DNA of 64,000 bases, from NCBI RefSeq assembly GCF_009914755.1, contig NC_060936.1; one strand, written 5' to 3'. Both the position numbers and the translations under genes were made by a program. This document shows positions 26,371-40,920 of this stretch, piece by piece. The stretch's first letter is position 1; each line of letters starts with the position of its first letter. This DNA comes from the human T2T-CHM13v2.0 reference genome, Homo sapiens. The notes beneath the pieces are model-generated. The model did no database searches and was not told the DNA's origin. It saw nothing but the letters and a program-made list of their open reading frames with translations.

Positions 26371-27169
26371 TTGCCCACTGTGGGAAGACATGATCTTATC
26401 CATTCAATGGCTGCACTACCTGATGGTGTGGTTCACCGTTCTCAATCTTGGTTTCTTAGTTCAAATTCTTGAGAAAAATGTGATGGACCAACTTATCCTA
26501 CAGATCTTTTTTCCTCAAGGGTTAGGTGTGAACCCTTGGATTAGTCAGGTCGGGCCATGTGGTTCCAACATAGTGGTCTCAACCACACAGGGACTGCAAG
26601 CTTTTCCCAGAAGAGGAAGGCAAGCAATAAGAAAACCTTTCTATAATGGACCCCCATTCAATCCTAAAATTGCTTCAGTATTCTCTCCAGAGGGTTAAGG
26701 TGCTGTAGGTATTACTGTCTGCCTTTCTCCCACTGAGCTTGGCTTGGGCACCAGGGACCTTTGCTGGCAAGCTCAGTCCTGCCCGTTTCTGGAATCAATC
26801 TACCCAGCTCTGGCAGTACATTGGGTGCCCTGTGTCTGCCAAGGGGTGGGGTCTGGAAATTAGTCTGGCAGCCCTAAGTAGCAAGTACCTATGTGTCCAC
26901 CATGTTGGTTTCCTCCCACCTCTTGGTAGTCTTTCTTTTGGTGTTCTTGCCTGCTTGTTGGAGGTATACTCCACCTCTGCTCTTGATAGACCCTTCAATA
27001 AGCCTGACTATTTGCCTAGCATTTTCCCTTTCTCCCCACTGCCTGGGGCCCCAGCCACCAGCTGACATCTCCCCTCAATCCATACATACAGCTGTGAAGC
27101 ACAGATGTGTTCAGGGAAGAACTCTTTCTACCATGACTCATCCGCCTATCAAATCAGGTCCCTTTGCAT

Positions 27170-27476
27170 ATATATTTTTAACTTTTATTATGGAAAATTT
27201 CAAACACACACACAAAATATCCAGAATCATATCATAAATCCTCATGCACTCATCAGCTGGTTTCAACAATGACTGAGTCCTGGCGAAACTTGCTTGATCT
27301 GTACTTCCATCTAATCTCTCCCAGTATTATTTTGAAGCAAATTCCAGACATCATATTATTGTATCTGTGAATATTCCAGTGTACATCTCTAAACTATTAG
27401 AACTATTCATTTTTAACATTATCACACCTAAATATAGTAACAATGATTACTTAATATCATCAAATTATCTAGCCAA
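27170..27476 (-). mobile_element. L1MC-like 3' UTR
   Basis: ttttattatggaaaatttcaaaca..ttattttgaagcaaattccagacatcat. Confidence 0.75.
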
Positions 27477-27925
27477 TTTTTTTATTATACTTTAAGTTCT
27501 GGGGTACTTAAAGTATATGTGCAGAACGTGCAGGTTTGTTACATAGGTATACACAAGCCATGGTGGTTTGCTGCACCCATCAACTTGTCATCTACATTAG
27601 GTATTCTCCTAATGCTATCCCTCCCCTAGCCCTCCACCCCTGACAGGCCCTGGTGTGTGATGTTCCCCTTACTGTGTCCATGTGTTCTCACTGTTCAACT
27701 CCCACTTATGAGTGAGAACATGCGGTGTTTAGTTTCCTGTTCTTGTGTTAGTTTGCTGAGAATGATGGTTTCCAGCTTCATCCATGTCCCTACAAAGGAC
27801 ATGAACTCATCCTTTTTTATGGCCGCATAGTATTCCACGGTGTATATGTGCCACATTTTCTTTATCCACTTTATCATTGATGGGCATTTGGGTTGGTTCC
27901 AAGTCTTTGCTATTGTGAATAGCAC
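27477..27925 (-). mobile_element. L1PA7-like 3' end, 5'-truncated
   Basis: ttattatactttaagttct..cccacttatgagtgagaacatgcgg; ORF 27695-27937 is the L1 ORF2 C-terminus (FTIAKTWNQPKCPS..MFSLISGS). Confidence 0.93.
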
Positions 27926-28380
27926 AATGTCTGGCACATCAGATAATTCAACAAATGGTAGCTATGAATGCTATGATCATTTATAAAGATCATAATGCCT
28001 TCCACACCCAGGGCCAGTGCCATAATTGGGCTTCTTAATACCTGCCCTACCCAGCCCTGACTTCTGTGGGACAGGAGAGGAAGGAGCTCCATTTCTCTCT
28101 CTTCTGTCCTTCTCTTTCCCCTGTCCTTATCTCCACCTCTTTTACTAATGTGTCTCCCAGGGGAGGAAGGACATATCTCATGGGGGAGATTGAGATCAGG
28201 GGAAGTGACCATAGCCAGCATAGCCCCTTCTGAACTCAGGGGCAGGGTTTGTCCAAGCTATGTTGCCTTCACAGCTGCCTCCTCCATGGGGAAAGAGCCT
28301 AGAGCAGGATGAGCATCTGGAGGAGTTGCCAGGAGGGAAAAAGGCAATCTGCAGTTATACCTGACACTGGGTATACATAT

Positions 28381-29151
28381 ATTTATTTTTATTGTTTTTT
28401 TGAGTGATATGGCTTGGCTCTGTGTCCCCACCTAAATCTCATTTTGAATTATAGCTCCCGTAATTACCACGTGTTGTGGGAAGGACCTGGTGGGAGATAA
28501 TTGAATCATGGGGGTGATTACCCCTATACTGTGCTCACGGTTGTGAATAACTCAGAAGAGATCTGATGGTTTTATAAGGGGAGACCCCTTTCACTTGGCT
28601 GTCATTCTCTCTCTTGCCTGCCGCCATGTAAGATGTGCCTTTCACCTTCTGCCATGATTGTGAGGCCTCCCAAGCCACGTGGAACTGTAAGTCCATTAAG
28701 CCTCTTTTTCTTTATAAATTACCCAGTCTCAGGTATGTCTTTACAGCAGTGTGAGAGCGGCCTAATACACTGAGAGAGGGTCTCATTCTGTCACCCAGGC
28801 TGGATTGCAGTGGCATGATCACAGCTCACAGCAGCCTTGACCTCTTGTGCTCAAGTGATCCCCCACCTCAGCCTCTTGAATAGCTGGAATACTGCAGGCA
28901 CGTGCCACCACACCTGGCTAATTTTTTATTTATTATATATTTATATTTATTTTATTTTTTTGTAGAGACGAGGTCTTGCTGTGTTGCCCAGGCATGGGTG
29001 TGCATTTAATTCAGGGAGGAAGGAGTGGAGTCCTGCGTTTGGCTTCACCTCCAAGTTGTTTTCTCTAATCCTGCTGCTAGATGTGTCCTTATCCTCCTGC
29101 CTTAGCCTCCCAAAGCACTGGGATTACAGACGTGAGCCATCATGCCCAGCC
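28381..29151 (-). mobile_element. AluJ interrupted by a THE1 LTR and a 97-bp non-Alu patch
   Basis: Tail 28381-28404; body 28775-28993 and 29091-29151. Confidence 0.88.
28405..28769 (+). mobile_element. THE1B-like solo LTR
   Basis: TGATATGGCTTGGCTCTGTGTCCCCACC..CTAATACA; TSD TTGAG/CTGAG. Confidence 0.92.
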
Positions 29152-29289
29152 AAGATGGAATACTTAAGAAAACCCAACAACTTGTTTTCTCCATGCTTCC
29201 AGGAGCCATCCTATCAGCATGTTTGCAGTGTCTCTCAGGGTCCCTGCCAGGGTATTAAATCCTATATTCAGAGAAAGTGCCCCCATAAT

Positions 29290-30157
29290 GATACATTCTC
29301 TTTTATCCAGTGCTGTTTTCTAATTCTCACACCTTCCTCATTCCAGCACCCTTCGAATGCAGTCTCTTTTCTGATAAGACTTGGCAGGATTCTGTAGCTC
29401 CTACAGGGTAGAGTCCTTTTCCTCCTTATAAGGTTCAGCACCTCCACAGCTGGGTTGTGTTGCTGGGATGTGCACCTGGCTTAGAGGCCAGTGGGAAGTA
29501 TGGGCAGATCACAGTGGTACACACGTTCTCTTACATGGGAGAGGCCTCGGCATCCCCTTCCAGGAGGAAACAGGGATGGAACTTAACAAGACGAGGCCAT
29601 TTTGCAGGCCCAGGCATTCAGAGAAATCAGAGGATTCATGCTTTTTCAGAGGCATTAACCCAGCTGTCATCCCTCAAGGTCACATTGCTTTCCCAGCCAG
29701 GGTCCTGACCCTATCATAGCAAATCTACCTAAGGTTGAGAATTTAACCTCCTTTGCTACAGGAGATAAGAGTCTTTTTTTAAAATTTTTTTTAACCATGC
29801 TAAGGAGGCACTTGAGCTTTTGTGTTCAGTTTTTAATTGACTGGTAGTCACCCTCAGTCTTTTGTCATCTTTTTCCAAAGCAAACATTGTTCTCCAGTGA
29901 CAGCCATTTAATTCCACTGCCCTTGTAATGACTATTTCCCATATATTTTTAACACCAAATACATTTTCCTTCCACCTGTATCCCATTCCATTTTAACACC
30001 ATTGGAAGTTTTGCCAGTTTCATCACCATCTTGTGTCAGGGGCTTTATCAGCTCGGTGTACCAACGGTAACGGGGATCTCATTGCCTGTCAGTGGTCAGC
30101 TGGCAGCCTCAGATCCCATCTTAGCATCTTCTTTCTCAGACTACTCCTGGCATCATC
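29290..30157 (-). mobile_element. ERVL-type internal region (ERV3-16A3-like): PBS and decayed gag
   Basis: Minus-strand TGATGCCAGGAGTAGTC next to the LTR (ERVL PBS-like); ORF 29756-29986 ALEKDDKRLRVTTSQLK and downstream RVRTLAGK resemble the ERVL/MaLR gag N-terminus. Confidence 0.7.
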
Positions 30158-30935
30158 TGTTCGGTTGATTCCCCAGGAAGCAGGTGCTGGACAGAGATTT
30201 GAGTGCATAGGTTCACCAGGAGGTGTGCTCAGCATGGACACCTGTGGTGGCAGGGCAGGAAGCGAGATCGAGAAGAGAGAGGTGTTGGATTGCAATTCAG
30301 TTTCATCTAAGGCCTCAGCTGACCCCTTTGGGAAGCTCTGAACCTTCAGACTTGTCCCAGGTTCGGGCAATGGCCTAGGCCTTTATATTCCTGTATTGAC
30401 TAGTGCAGTGGGCTGAATGTTCGTGTCTCTCCAAAAATTCATGCTGAAATCCTAACCCCCAAATGTGATGGAGATGGGGCCTTTGGGAAGTGATTAGGTC
30501 CTGAGGATGAAACCCTCATGAGTGGGATTAATGCCTTTATAAAAGGGACCCCAGAAATCTCTCTTGCTCTCTTTCTGGCACGTGAGGATAAAATGAGAAG
30601 ATGACCAACTGCAACCCAGAGAGAACCTCCACCAGAACTCAATGGTGCTGGCACCCTGACCCTCAACTTCCAGCCTCCAGAACTGTGGGAAATGAGTTTC
30701 TGTTGTTCTTAGGCCACCCAGTCCATGGCACTTTGTTGTAGCAGCCCAAATGGACTAAGACAGCCACTTACCATTGTAGGCTGCCCTTGGGAAGGTGGAG
30801 TGTCCTTCAGTGAGGCAGCTTTCTTCAGGGAAAAAGAGGAATTTCTGGAGAGAGATAACAGTTGAGGGCTCTCAGCCGGCAAAAGTCTCAGCAGCAGAAG
30901 GAATGAGGAGAAAAAAATGGGCACGGTATTTTGTA
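30158..30935 (-). mobile_element. LTR16A-like LTR (5' LTR of the ERVL), split by MLT1A
   Basis: ccccaggaagcag..gatttgagtgca..ggcctcagctgaccc..cttcagacttgtccc; resumes ggctgcccttgggaagg..gaggcagct. Confidence 0.75.
30404..30762 (+). mobile_element. MLT1A-like solo LTR
   Basis: TGCAGTGGGCTGAATG..GGACTAAGACA. Confidence 0.9.
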
Positions 30936-31106
30936 GACCCACCTCTTAAGAAGCAGATTCTATTCTTCCATCTCTTGAATCTGGCTTGGCCTTGTAACTT
31001 GGTTTAGCCAGTGGGAGAGTAGCCAATATGATACAGCAAAGTCCTGAAAAGCACTTGCCTAGGCTTCCTACTGAGAACCCTTCCATGTTGTGTGAAGAAG
31101 CCAGGC

Positions 31107-31281
31107 TAGGCCCCTGAAGGAAGAGAGGGGCCCCATACATCCCAAGCAAGCCCTCAGACATAGACCCCTGAAGGAAGAGAGGGACCCCATGCATCCCAGG
31201 CAAGGATCCCAGGCAAGGCCACAGACATAGGCCCCTGAAGGAAGAGAGGGGCCCCATGCATCCCAGGCAAGGCCTCAGACA
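31107..31281. repeat. 54-bp minisatellite x3
   Basis: Unit TAGGCCCCTGAAGGAAGAGAGGGGCCCCATGCATCCCAGGCAAGGCCTCAGACA at 31107, 31161 (plus 13-bp internal duplication) and 31228. Confidence 0.95.
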
Positions 31282-31301
31282 TATGTTGTGGTATCCCATA
31301 C

Positions 31302-31955
<654 letters not shown>

Positions 31956-32564
31956 TCCTAGACCACTCAGTCCCGGCCAAAGGGTCCCAGACAAACCACA
32001 CAGCAGACCCACTGGTTCATGGGAAATAAGTGTTTGTTGTCTTCAGCCACTAAGTTTTGGGAGTCATTTGTTACATAGCAAAAGCTTTATTGATGAGTAG
32101 GCCAGCATGTTTGTTCAGAATGTTTTGGTATTTGGAAAACCTATTTTCTTCCCCCTCTCTAGGTTTCTAGATTTCCAATAAAATTCTAGCCAAATCCATG
32201 TTTGTTTTTTCAGATCCTTTCATAAAGCACCCTTTCAATTACCTTCTTCAGCTCAGAAAAGGGAATATAAGAGGCCTTTACTGTTCATATTTGCTAAAGA
32301 AAATACACGCTTTCAGAGCTGCCATTGTTACCGAACAGAAAACACAATCACCACTAGAAAAAACAAAGGACTGTTATTTGATCATAAATATTCTAAAGAG
32401 AGCAGTATGCTGGTTATTAGCTGAACAGAGTTTTGGAGGAGCATTTGAGGACCTGATGCAGTGAATTAAGTGGAAATGTGCTAAAAAGAAAAAGAAAAAG
32501 AAAAAGAAACCCAAAAGGAAACGCAAACCAAGCACCTTCTAGCTGCCTATTGGAAAAATATTTT

Positions 32565-32640
32565 CATAGCACATAGTTCTTGGCACCAAGCAGTGACTTG
32601 ATAAATGTTTGTTGACTGAATAAATGAATACATGAATGGT
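32565..32640 (+). mobile_element. L2 3' terminus
   Basis: tggcac..ataaatgtttgttgactgaataaatgaat. Confidence 0.65.
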
Positions 32641-32914
32641 AGGAATCTGTGCTACTGTGCTTGAAAAATGTGCTACCCTGCTGCCCTGGCTCTGGATCTT
32701 GGAGGGATCACATTGACATTAAAGTAGAGGAATTGGGCTCAGTAATCTTAATATTTCTCTTCCCAAACTCCCTAGAACTTTGGTGAAATTCTAGGGTCTC
32801 TCCACTTCTGTAGGATACATCTCTCCCCTTTTTATGCCTCTGTTTTCTTTTCTGAAAATGAGAGTATTTTGAAAGCCTAGATTTTGGGATTCGCCACGGG
32901 GTAATGGGATGTGC

Positions 32915-33120
32915 CCGGGGACAGTGATCTGCATTTAATTCCTCACCAGGCCTCTCACCAGATGTTTGTGTGACGTTAGGCAAGTCACTCAAACTCTCTG
33001 TGCTTCAGCTTCCAAATCTAATGGGGCCAATAATATTACTTGCAGGGTAGTTGGGAGAATTCAAAATAATATATGCAAAGTGCCTGGTATGTGGGTGCTA
33101 AATAGCTGGAAGTTATGATT
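32915..33120 (+). mobile_element. MIR
   Basis: tgtgtgacgttaggcaagtcactcaaactctctgtgcttcag. Confidence 0.7.
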
Positions 33121-33994
33121 AATTTGTAACGGGTATGTTGCAGATTTATATAGAGTGAGGAGAATAAAATTTGCACTATTCTAATGGATCTTGTGATTCA
33201 TCTAGTATTTCTGATCTTATTCACAATTGTCAAATATTGGGGAAAACTCCTCTGTGCCCATTCAGCCTCATGTCTTTATTTAGAATTCTGAACTCTTTCT
33301 TTCCAAGTATTTCCTCCTCCCAATGCCCATGGGGACAAGTCACATTTCTTGAGCTGCTAAATTGAATGGCAGCTGCCGCTTACTCCATATGTTTCTCATT
33401 CTAACATGTTGTCTCAAATATTTTTAGCTACTAAGCACACACTCTGGTCTGCTATGTTTTGCCTTATAATTTTTTTTTTGTGCACATTTTAGATGCCTGC
33501 TTTTGGGTTTTGCATTATTCTGTGGTTTCCTGCCCACTTGCTCCGCCCTTTAATTGCTCCACCAGCACTCAGTCTCCGCTGCCTGCCAAGGCTGGCTCCC
33601 CCTTTTCCTAATATCCCCGGCTCTCCCCAAGGGCCGTCCTTAATCCAAAGTGCTCTCCAATGCTTTGCAAAATTGAAACCCCTCTGTTTATCCTGCCCCC
33701 TCCCCTCAATGTCCGTGGCAGTTATCTCACTTGGGCTCCCATTTCCTGCTCTTATTCTTGGCTCCCTGCCAGTCATCACACATTCACATGAAATCCTGCC
33801 TCTCCTCACCGAAGGGAAAGGCTGTTTCCATTCATGGAAAGCTCATTTGCCACAAAGATGCTACACCCTTGCCACAGGCAGGGTGTTCTCGGGTTTCCTG
33901 ACATGCCCAGGGCAAGGTTGGAGGGCTCTGGTCCCAACAGTTATTTACAGTGAAGGCAAGTCAGGTTAGAGAACAGTGTGGTCTTTGTGGTGCT

Positions 33995-34180
33995 GGGGAG
34001 AGAGCATGGGCTGTCAATTCTAACTGACCTGGATTTTGGTCCATGTACCATTTCTTAGCCTCAAGTCATTTATCTGTGAAATGAGAATCATCTTATTCCC
34101 TACCTCACAGCAGTATTGTGAGGCTCACGAACAGAAGACTCAACACAGAGCCTGGAGAATGACATTTGCTCCATAACGTA
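33995..34180 (+). mobile_element. MIR
   Basis: agagcatgggct..gacctggatt..atctgtgaaatgaga..cctacctcacag. Confidence 0.6.
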
Positions 34181-34221
34181 TTCTATTTTCTCCCCCTTTC
34201 ATTGATTGCTAAGGCTTCCAG

Positions 34222-34820
34222 ATCAGCTAAAGTCTCAACAAGAATGAAAATGACACTTCAAAGGATTTAAGTGAAGAGAGTGTCGTGAAGATTATTTGTA
34301 GAGATGTGGGATCGGATGAGAAACACCCTGGGACCAGAAACAGCAGAAGCCCTAATGCCTGCCGAAGGGCAAGACCAGGGTGAGCTCCTACCCACAGTAT
34401 CTGGCGAGAGCTGGAGCCCTGAGACAGGGATGGGGCCTACTGGCACTTGGAAAGTGTACTGGGGTCTTAGTGAACTGATGTCATTTCCTCTTCTCTTCCC
34501 CAGGATTTGAGATTTCTAAAAACAACAACAACAACAACAACAAAACCCTATACAAATCTAAATTAGTTAAAAAAAAAAAAACTAAAGTGGTTGGATGGGA
34601 GCTATGGCTTAGGAAGAGAAACACAGCCCATCAAAGAGGGACTAGGGATTTAAATAACCCTCTCTTCTCTCTTCCTGTCCATGCCTTCTGTTGGGTGAAA
34701 CTAGCAGCCAGAAGGCAAGGGGGCCTGGGTGGAGATGTCCAGTGGCATTAGCCTCCCAGGTACAGAGAGATGCAGAGAAAGATGCAAAATAGACCTGGAG
34801 TAGCTGAGAATCATCTTGTC
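34222..34820 (-). mobile_element. LTR33-like ERVL LTR with an A-rich interruption
   Basis: agccagaaggcaagggggcctgggtg..tagcctcccaggtacagag..gacctggag. Confidence 0.5.
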
Positions 34821-35156
34821 ATTTGTCACCTATTAGCCAGTTGCTTTGTCCAAGGCCTTGAGCCTCAGTTTTCTATAGAGTGGGCATCAAACTTGTCTAC
34901 CTCTTGTCTGCCTCACAGGGCCATGGGGAACAGCCAGTGAAAGTGTTAAAATCATTCGCTTGCCATTTGACCCTCTTCTTCATCTGCATTATCTCACTTA
35001 ATTCCTCAACAGCCGGGTAGGGTATAAGGCAGAGAGGCCAGGGGACAAGGACAGGCAGGCACTTTGGAATCAGAAGAAGAGGTCATCAACTGTGGCTCAG
35101 CCAAGCTTTTTAACTGTGAGATCATGGGAAACTGAAGCTCTCTGAACCTCAGCTAT

Positions 35157-35600
35157 TGTCTTACTTTGAGCTCCCCCAAAATCACATCCTGAGACAAATA
35201 TTTGAGTGCAAATAGTTCATTTGGGAGCTGATCCCAGGATGCACCAGGAGGGACTGGGCAGGGACTCAGAAAAGGGAAGAAACCCAATTATTGGTGTATT
35301 CACAAGTGGGCAACTCGGTCTCAGTGCCACAACTGTGATGAAGACTGTGCAGGACACATCCTGGGGTTGGTGGAATGCAGGGTGCGGGTGCTGGGGTGTT
35401 TATTCACCACCTTCCATCCCTCACTGGCTGAGGGTTGTTCTTGGAAGTTTTAACTCCCTGGCCATTTCACACTGCCTGCTGTGGCCAGAGGAGACTCAAG
35501 CAGCCAGAGAGTGCCATGGGGTGGAGACACACAGGAAGCCACATAGATGCCCTCCAGCATGGGCCAGGAGGGAATGTCTGGGGGACCGACAGCATCCGTT
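35157..35600 (-). mobile_element. LTR16C-like LTR inserted into a MIR (35030-35735)
   Basis: cctgagacaaatatttgagtgcaaatagttcatttgggagctgatcccagga; MIR breaks at cctcag and resumes at tttttctaatttgta. Confidence 0.75.
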
Positions 35601-36586
35601 TTGTTTTTCTAATTTGTATGCTAGAGATGATGTCTATGTCACAGGACAGTGACAGAGATGAAATGATTAATGATTAAATGGCTAAATGTCTTCCAAGTGC
35701 CTGGCTCATAGTAGGTATCCAAAGAAAAGGAGGCATTCATAGTAAAGATGGGTAAATATTCATGTGTTACAGATGGAAGCAAATGGGACTCAAAGAAGTT
35801 AAGACATTTGCCCTAAATCACACAGACAGTTCTTAAATGGCCAAGTCAGATCTGGCCCCAGTTTGTTCCCCTTCCACTCTGCCGTGGCTACCTCCTGTTA
35901 ATGGACTATACATTTAGAGTGCTTTTGCCTCATAAAGTGTGTGAAGCTCCATAAATATAAAATGTTTGTAGTCCCAGCCTTGCTAGCTCAAATCCAAGTT
36001 AAATTGACTCTTGGGTAGTTCTTCTCTCAGCCCCAATTCTCATAAGCTCAAATATATATTTTCTTAGTCCCCTGGGATCCTCCATTCTGTGCCCCAACAA
36101 TCCCTAACCCTTCATTAGTAATGCCTAGATGTCTCCACATATTTCAAGGGGTGCCAGAAAGTCTCCAGACAAAATAAAAGATGCCATAAAACACTAAGTG
36201 CATAAAACTCTAGACACCTTGTTCTCCATGTCATGTTTCCTTTTAAAAACAAATATTTTGAAATGCCCTCTTTACTATCCTGCTGATACACACATAAAAA
36301 CTAATAAAATGCACAAACTCTTTTCTTAAAAATTGTGGGAAGATATACATAATAAAAAATTTACCATTTTAACCACTTTCAAAGTGTATGGTTTTGTGTT
36401 TTTTAGTACATTCATATTGTTCTGCCACCATCGCTACCATCTATCTCCAGAAATTTTTTCATCCTCCCAAACTGAAAACCTGCATTCCTTAAACACTAAT
36501 TCCCCATTCCCCTCTCCTTCCAGCCCTGCAACTACCATTCTACTTTGTGTCTCTATGAATTTAACCATTCTAGGTACCTCATATGA

Positions 36587-37097
<511 letters not shown>

Positions 37098-37187
37098 TAA
37101 ATTCTTCAACGTTTATGTTGTAGCATGGGTCAGAACTGCCTTCCTTTTTATGGCTGAACAGTATTCCATTATATATATACACGGCAC

Positions 37188-37390
37188 TTTTTTTTTCTTT
37201 TAAATTCAGGGGGTATATGTGCGGGTTTGTTACGTGGATATATTGCATAGTGTTGGGGTTTGGGCTTCTATTGAACCCAGCACCCAAATAGTGAATATAG
37301 TAACCGATAGGAAGTTTTCAACTCTTGTCCCTTTCCTTCCTTCCCCCTGTTTGGAGTCCCTGGTGTCTATCGTTTCCATCTTCATGTCCG
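37188..37390 (-). mobile_element. Short L1PA15/16-like 3' end inside L1MB
   Basis: attcagggggtatatgtgcgggtttgttac..cacccaaatagtgaatatagta; degenerate TSD atacac..cac. Confidence 0.8.
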
Positions 37391-38759
37391 CATACACCAC
37401 ATTGTGTTTATCCATTCATGTGTCGATGGACACTTGGGTCGCTTCCACCTTTTGGCTATTTTAAATAGTGTTGCTATAAACATGGGTATGCAAATATCTG
37501 TTTGAGTCCTTGCTTTCAATTCTTTTGGGTATATACCCAACAGTATAATTGGTGGATCATATGGGACTCTATTTTTAATTTTTTGTGAAACTGCCGTATG
37601 GTTTTCCATAGCAGCTGCACCATTTTACAGTCCCATCAGCATAACTGTTTTATAAAGGAGAAAAATAGAAAAGCGATTGGTAGTTAAGTAGTATGTGGTA
37701 TTTCAGAATGCCAAGGCTGGAGCTGGGCTGCATGAGTACACAATGCAGTGATTGCACGTCTGCCCCTCATAAGCCACGAAAACAGACCAACATGTAGGTG
37801 CCATGTGACGATGCTGTCCCTGGAGTGCATTGCCAGAAGTGATTTTCCAAAACAAGGAACAACTCTTGGTAAAGCTCTAAATTAATCACAGTGCATCTAC
37901 ATTTGTCTTGTTACATTCCTAGAAACTCAAGTGGATATTAAAAATGTACTAAAAGGTACCTTGTATTTATATGTGAAACAAAATTATAATTAGGAAATTA
38001 TGAACAAGTATTTTATCTATAGGAGTTTCCAGCAGGACATTTGAGAGTTGTTAGGATGGGGACACTTTTTATATTTTTCCTTTTAGAACTGTCCTGTGCC
38101 TCACTTACTAATTTCTATTGGCACCCCACGGGTCAACATTGTGACCAGAGAATGCCCCTACAAATTCCTATGTCCTCTAGGAGTGAGATGCAGCCCCCAT
38201 TTAGAAATGCTCTAAGGAAGCTCATCCAGGTGGTGGATGAATGATTTCTGATTGCTTGACAGTAATAATGGGACTTGTTGGAGCAAAGGCCACGTGCATG
38301 TAAAAATGTCCAAAGTGTCCAAGGTCTTGGTCATAAAAACTAGCACATGGCTTTTTTTCCATTAATTTCTTATATCCCACAGGAGCTCAATTGTTCTCAA
38401 AATCTGCTTTCTATGCCCAATCCACAGGCAAGAAGGACTGAGGGTCTGAGCACGTGTGGCCTCTGTGGGAAGGAACAAAAAGAGGACAGATATGTGAGAC
38501 ATTTTCAAGGCTGACGCTCCAAAATTAAAGTCATTAGATGTGGGGAATGAGGAAAAGATGAGCATAAAATGTGGCTTAGTATTCTTGAGATTGGGCACTG
38601 GAGAATTAACACGCCATTAACATGGAAAGGGTGGTAAAGTATTATATAGACAGTTGGCCCCAGAATTCCACAGACGAAGAGCTGAATGCGACCAGGTGCT
38701 CTGCTATGAGAGGTGAGGCCCAAAAGATGCTCTGGAAGGAGAGTGAACCCAAGAGTGAG

Positions 38760-38910
38760 GCACTTTGGAGGAGGAGGACTAGGGTTTAGGTTCTGCTCTA
38801 CCACCCATGTGATGTGAGGTTTGAGAATAACTGCCTACAAGTGCCAGTTTCCTCTCTGTAAAATGGGGCTACTCCAGCGCCAACCTACCTCCCAAGGCAC
38901 TTGTGTGTGA
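38760..38910 (+). mobile_element. MIR fragment
   Basis: cagtttcctctctgtaaaatgggg..cctacctccca. Confidence 0.55.
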
Positions 38911-38977
38911 GCACAGTATCTGAGACTGGCTGTTCTGTTCACCTCATGCCTAAAATGGCAATAGCTACTCTGTGTAT

Positions 38978-40450
<1,473 letters not shown>

Positions 40451-40458
40451 CTACCCTG

Positions 40459-40920
40459 TGGATCAGTCAGGATTCTCCAGAAAAACAGAACCAAGAGAGT
40501 CTACATCTCCATGCACTAAGATTTATTTTAAGGAATTTGTTCATGTGATTGTGGGGGATGGGAAATCTAAAATTTTAGGGCAGTGGTAGGCGGACACTCA
40601 GGCAATAGTTGATGTCCAGGCCTTGAGCCTGAAATTTGCAGGGCAGACTGGCATGCTGGACACTCAGGCAGGATTTCCATGTTACAGTCTTGAGGTAGAA
40701 TTTCTTCTTCAAGAAATCTCTTTCTATGCTCTTAAGGTCTTCAACTGATTGGATGAGGCCCAACTACATTATGGAAAGTCATCTCCTTTACTTAGAGTCA
40801 AATGATTGGAGATGCTAATCACATCTATAACATACCTTTGCAGCAACATCCAGTTTAGTGCTTGACCAAACAACTGGGCACCATAGCCTGGCCAAGTTGA
40901 CCATCAAATTTAACCTTTAC
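40459..40920 (-). mobile_element. MLT2B-like ERVL LTR
   Basis: atcagtcaggattctccagaaaaacagaacc..ttcaactgattggatgaggccc..gccaagttgac..aaatttaacc. Confidence 0.88.

Noticed and set aside
31107-31281. CRISPR-like array
   Set aside because: Head-to-tail units without unique spacers, no cas genes, primate context
33493-33969. 158-aa ORF
   Set aside because: P/L/S-rich, as expected from C/T-rich non-coding DNA; no recognisable family
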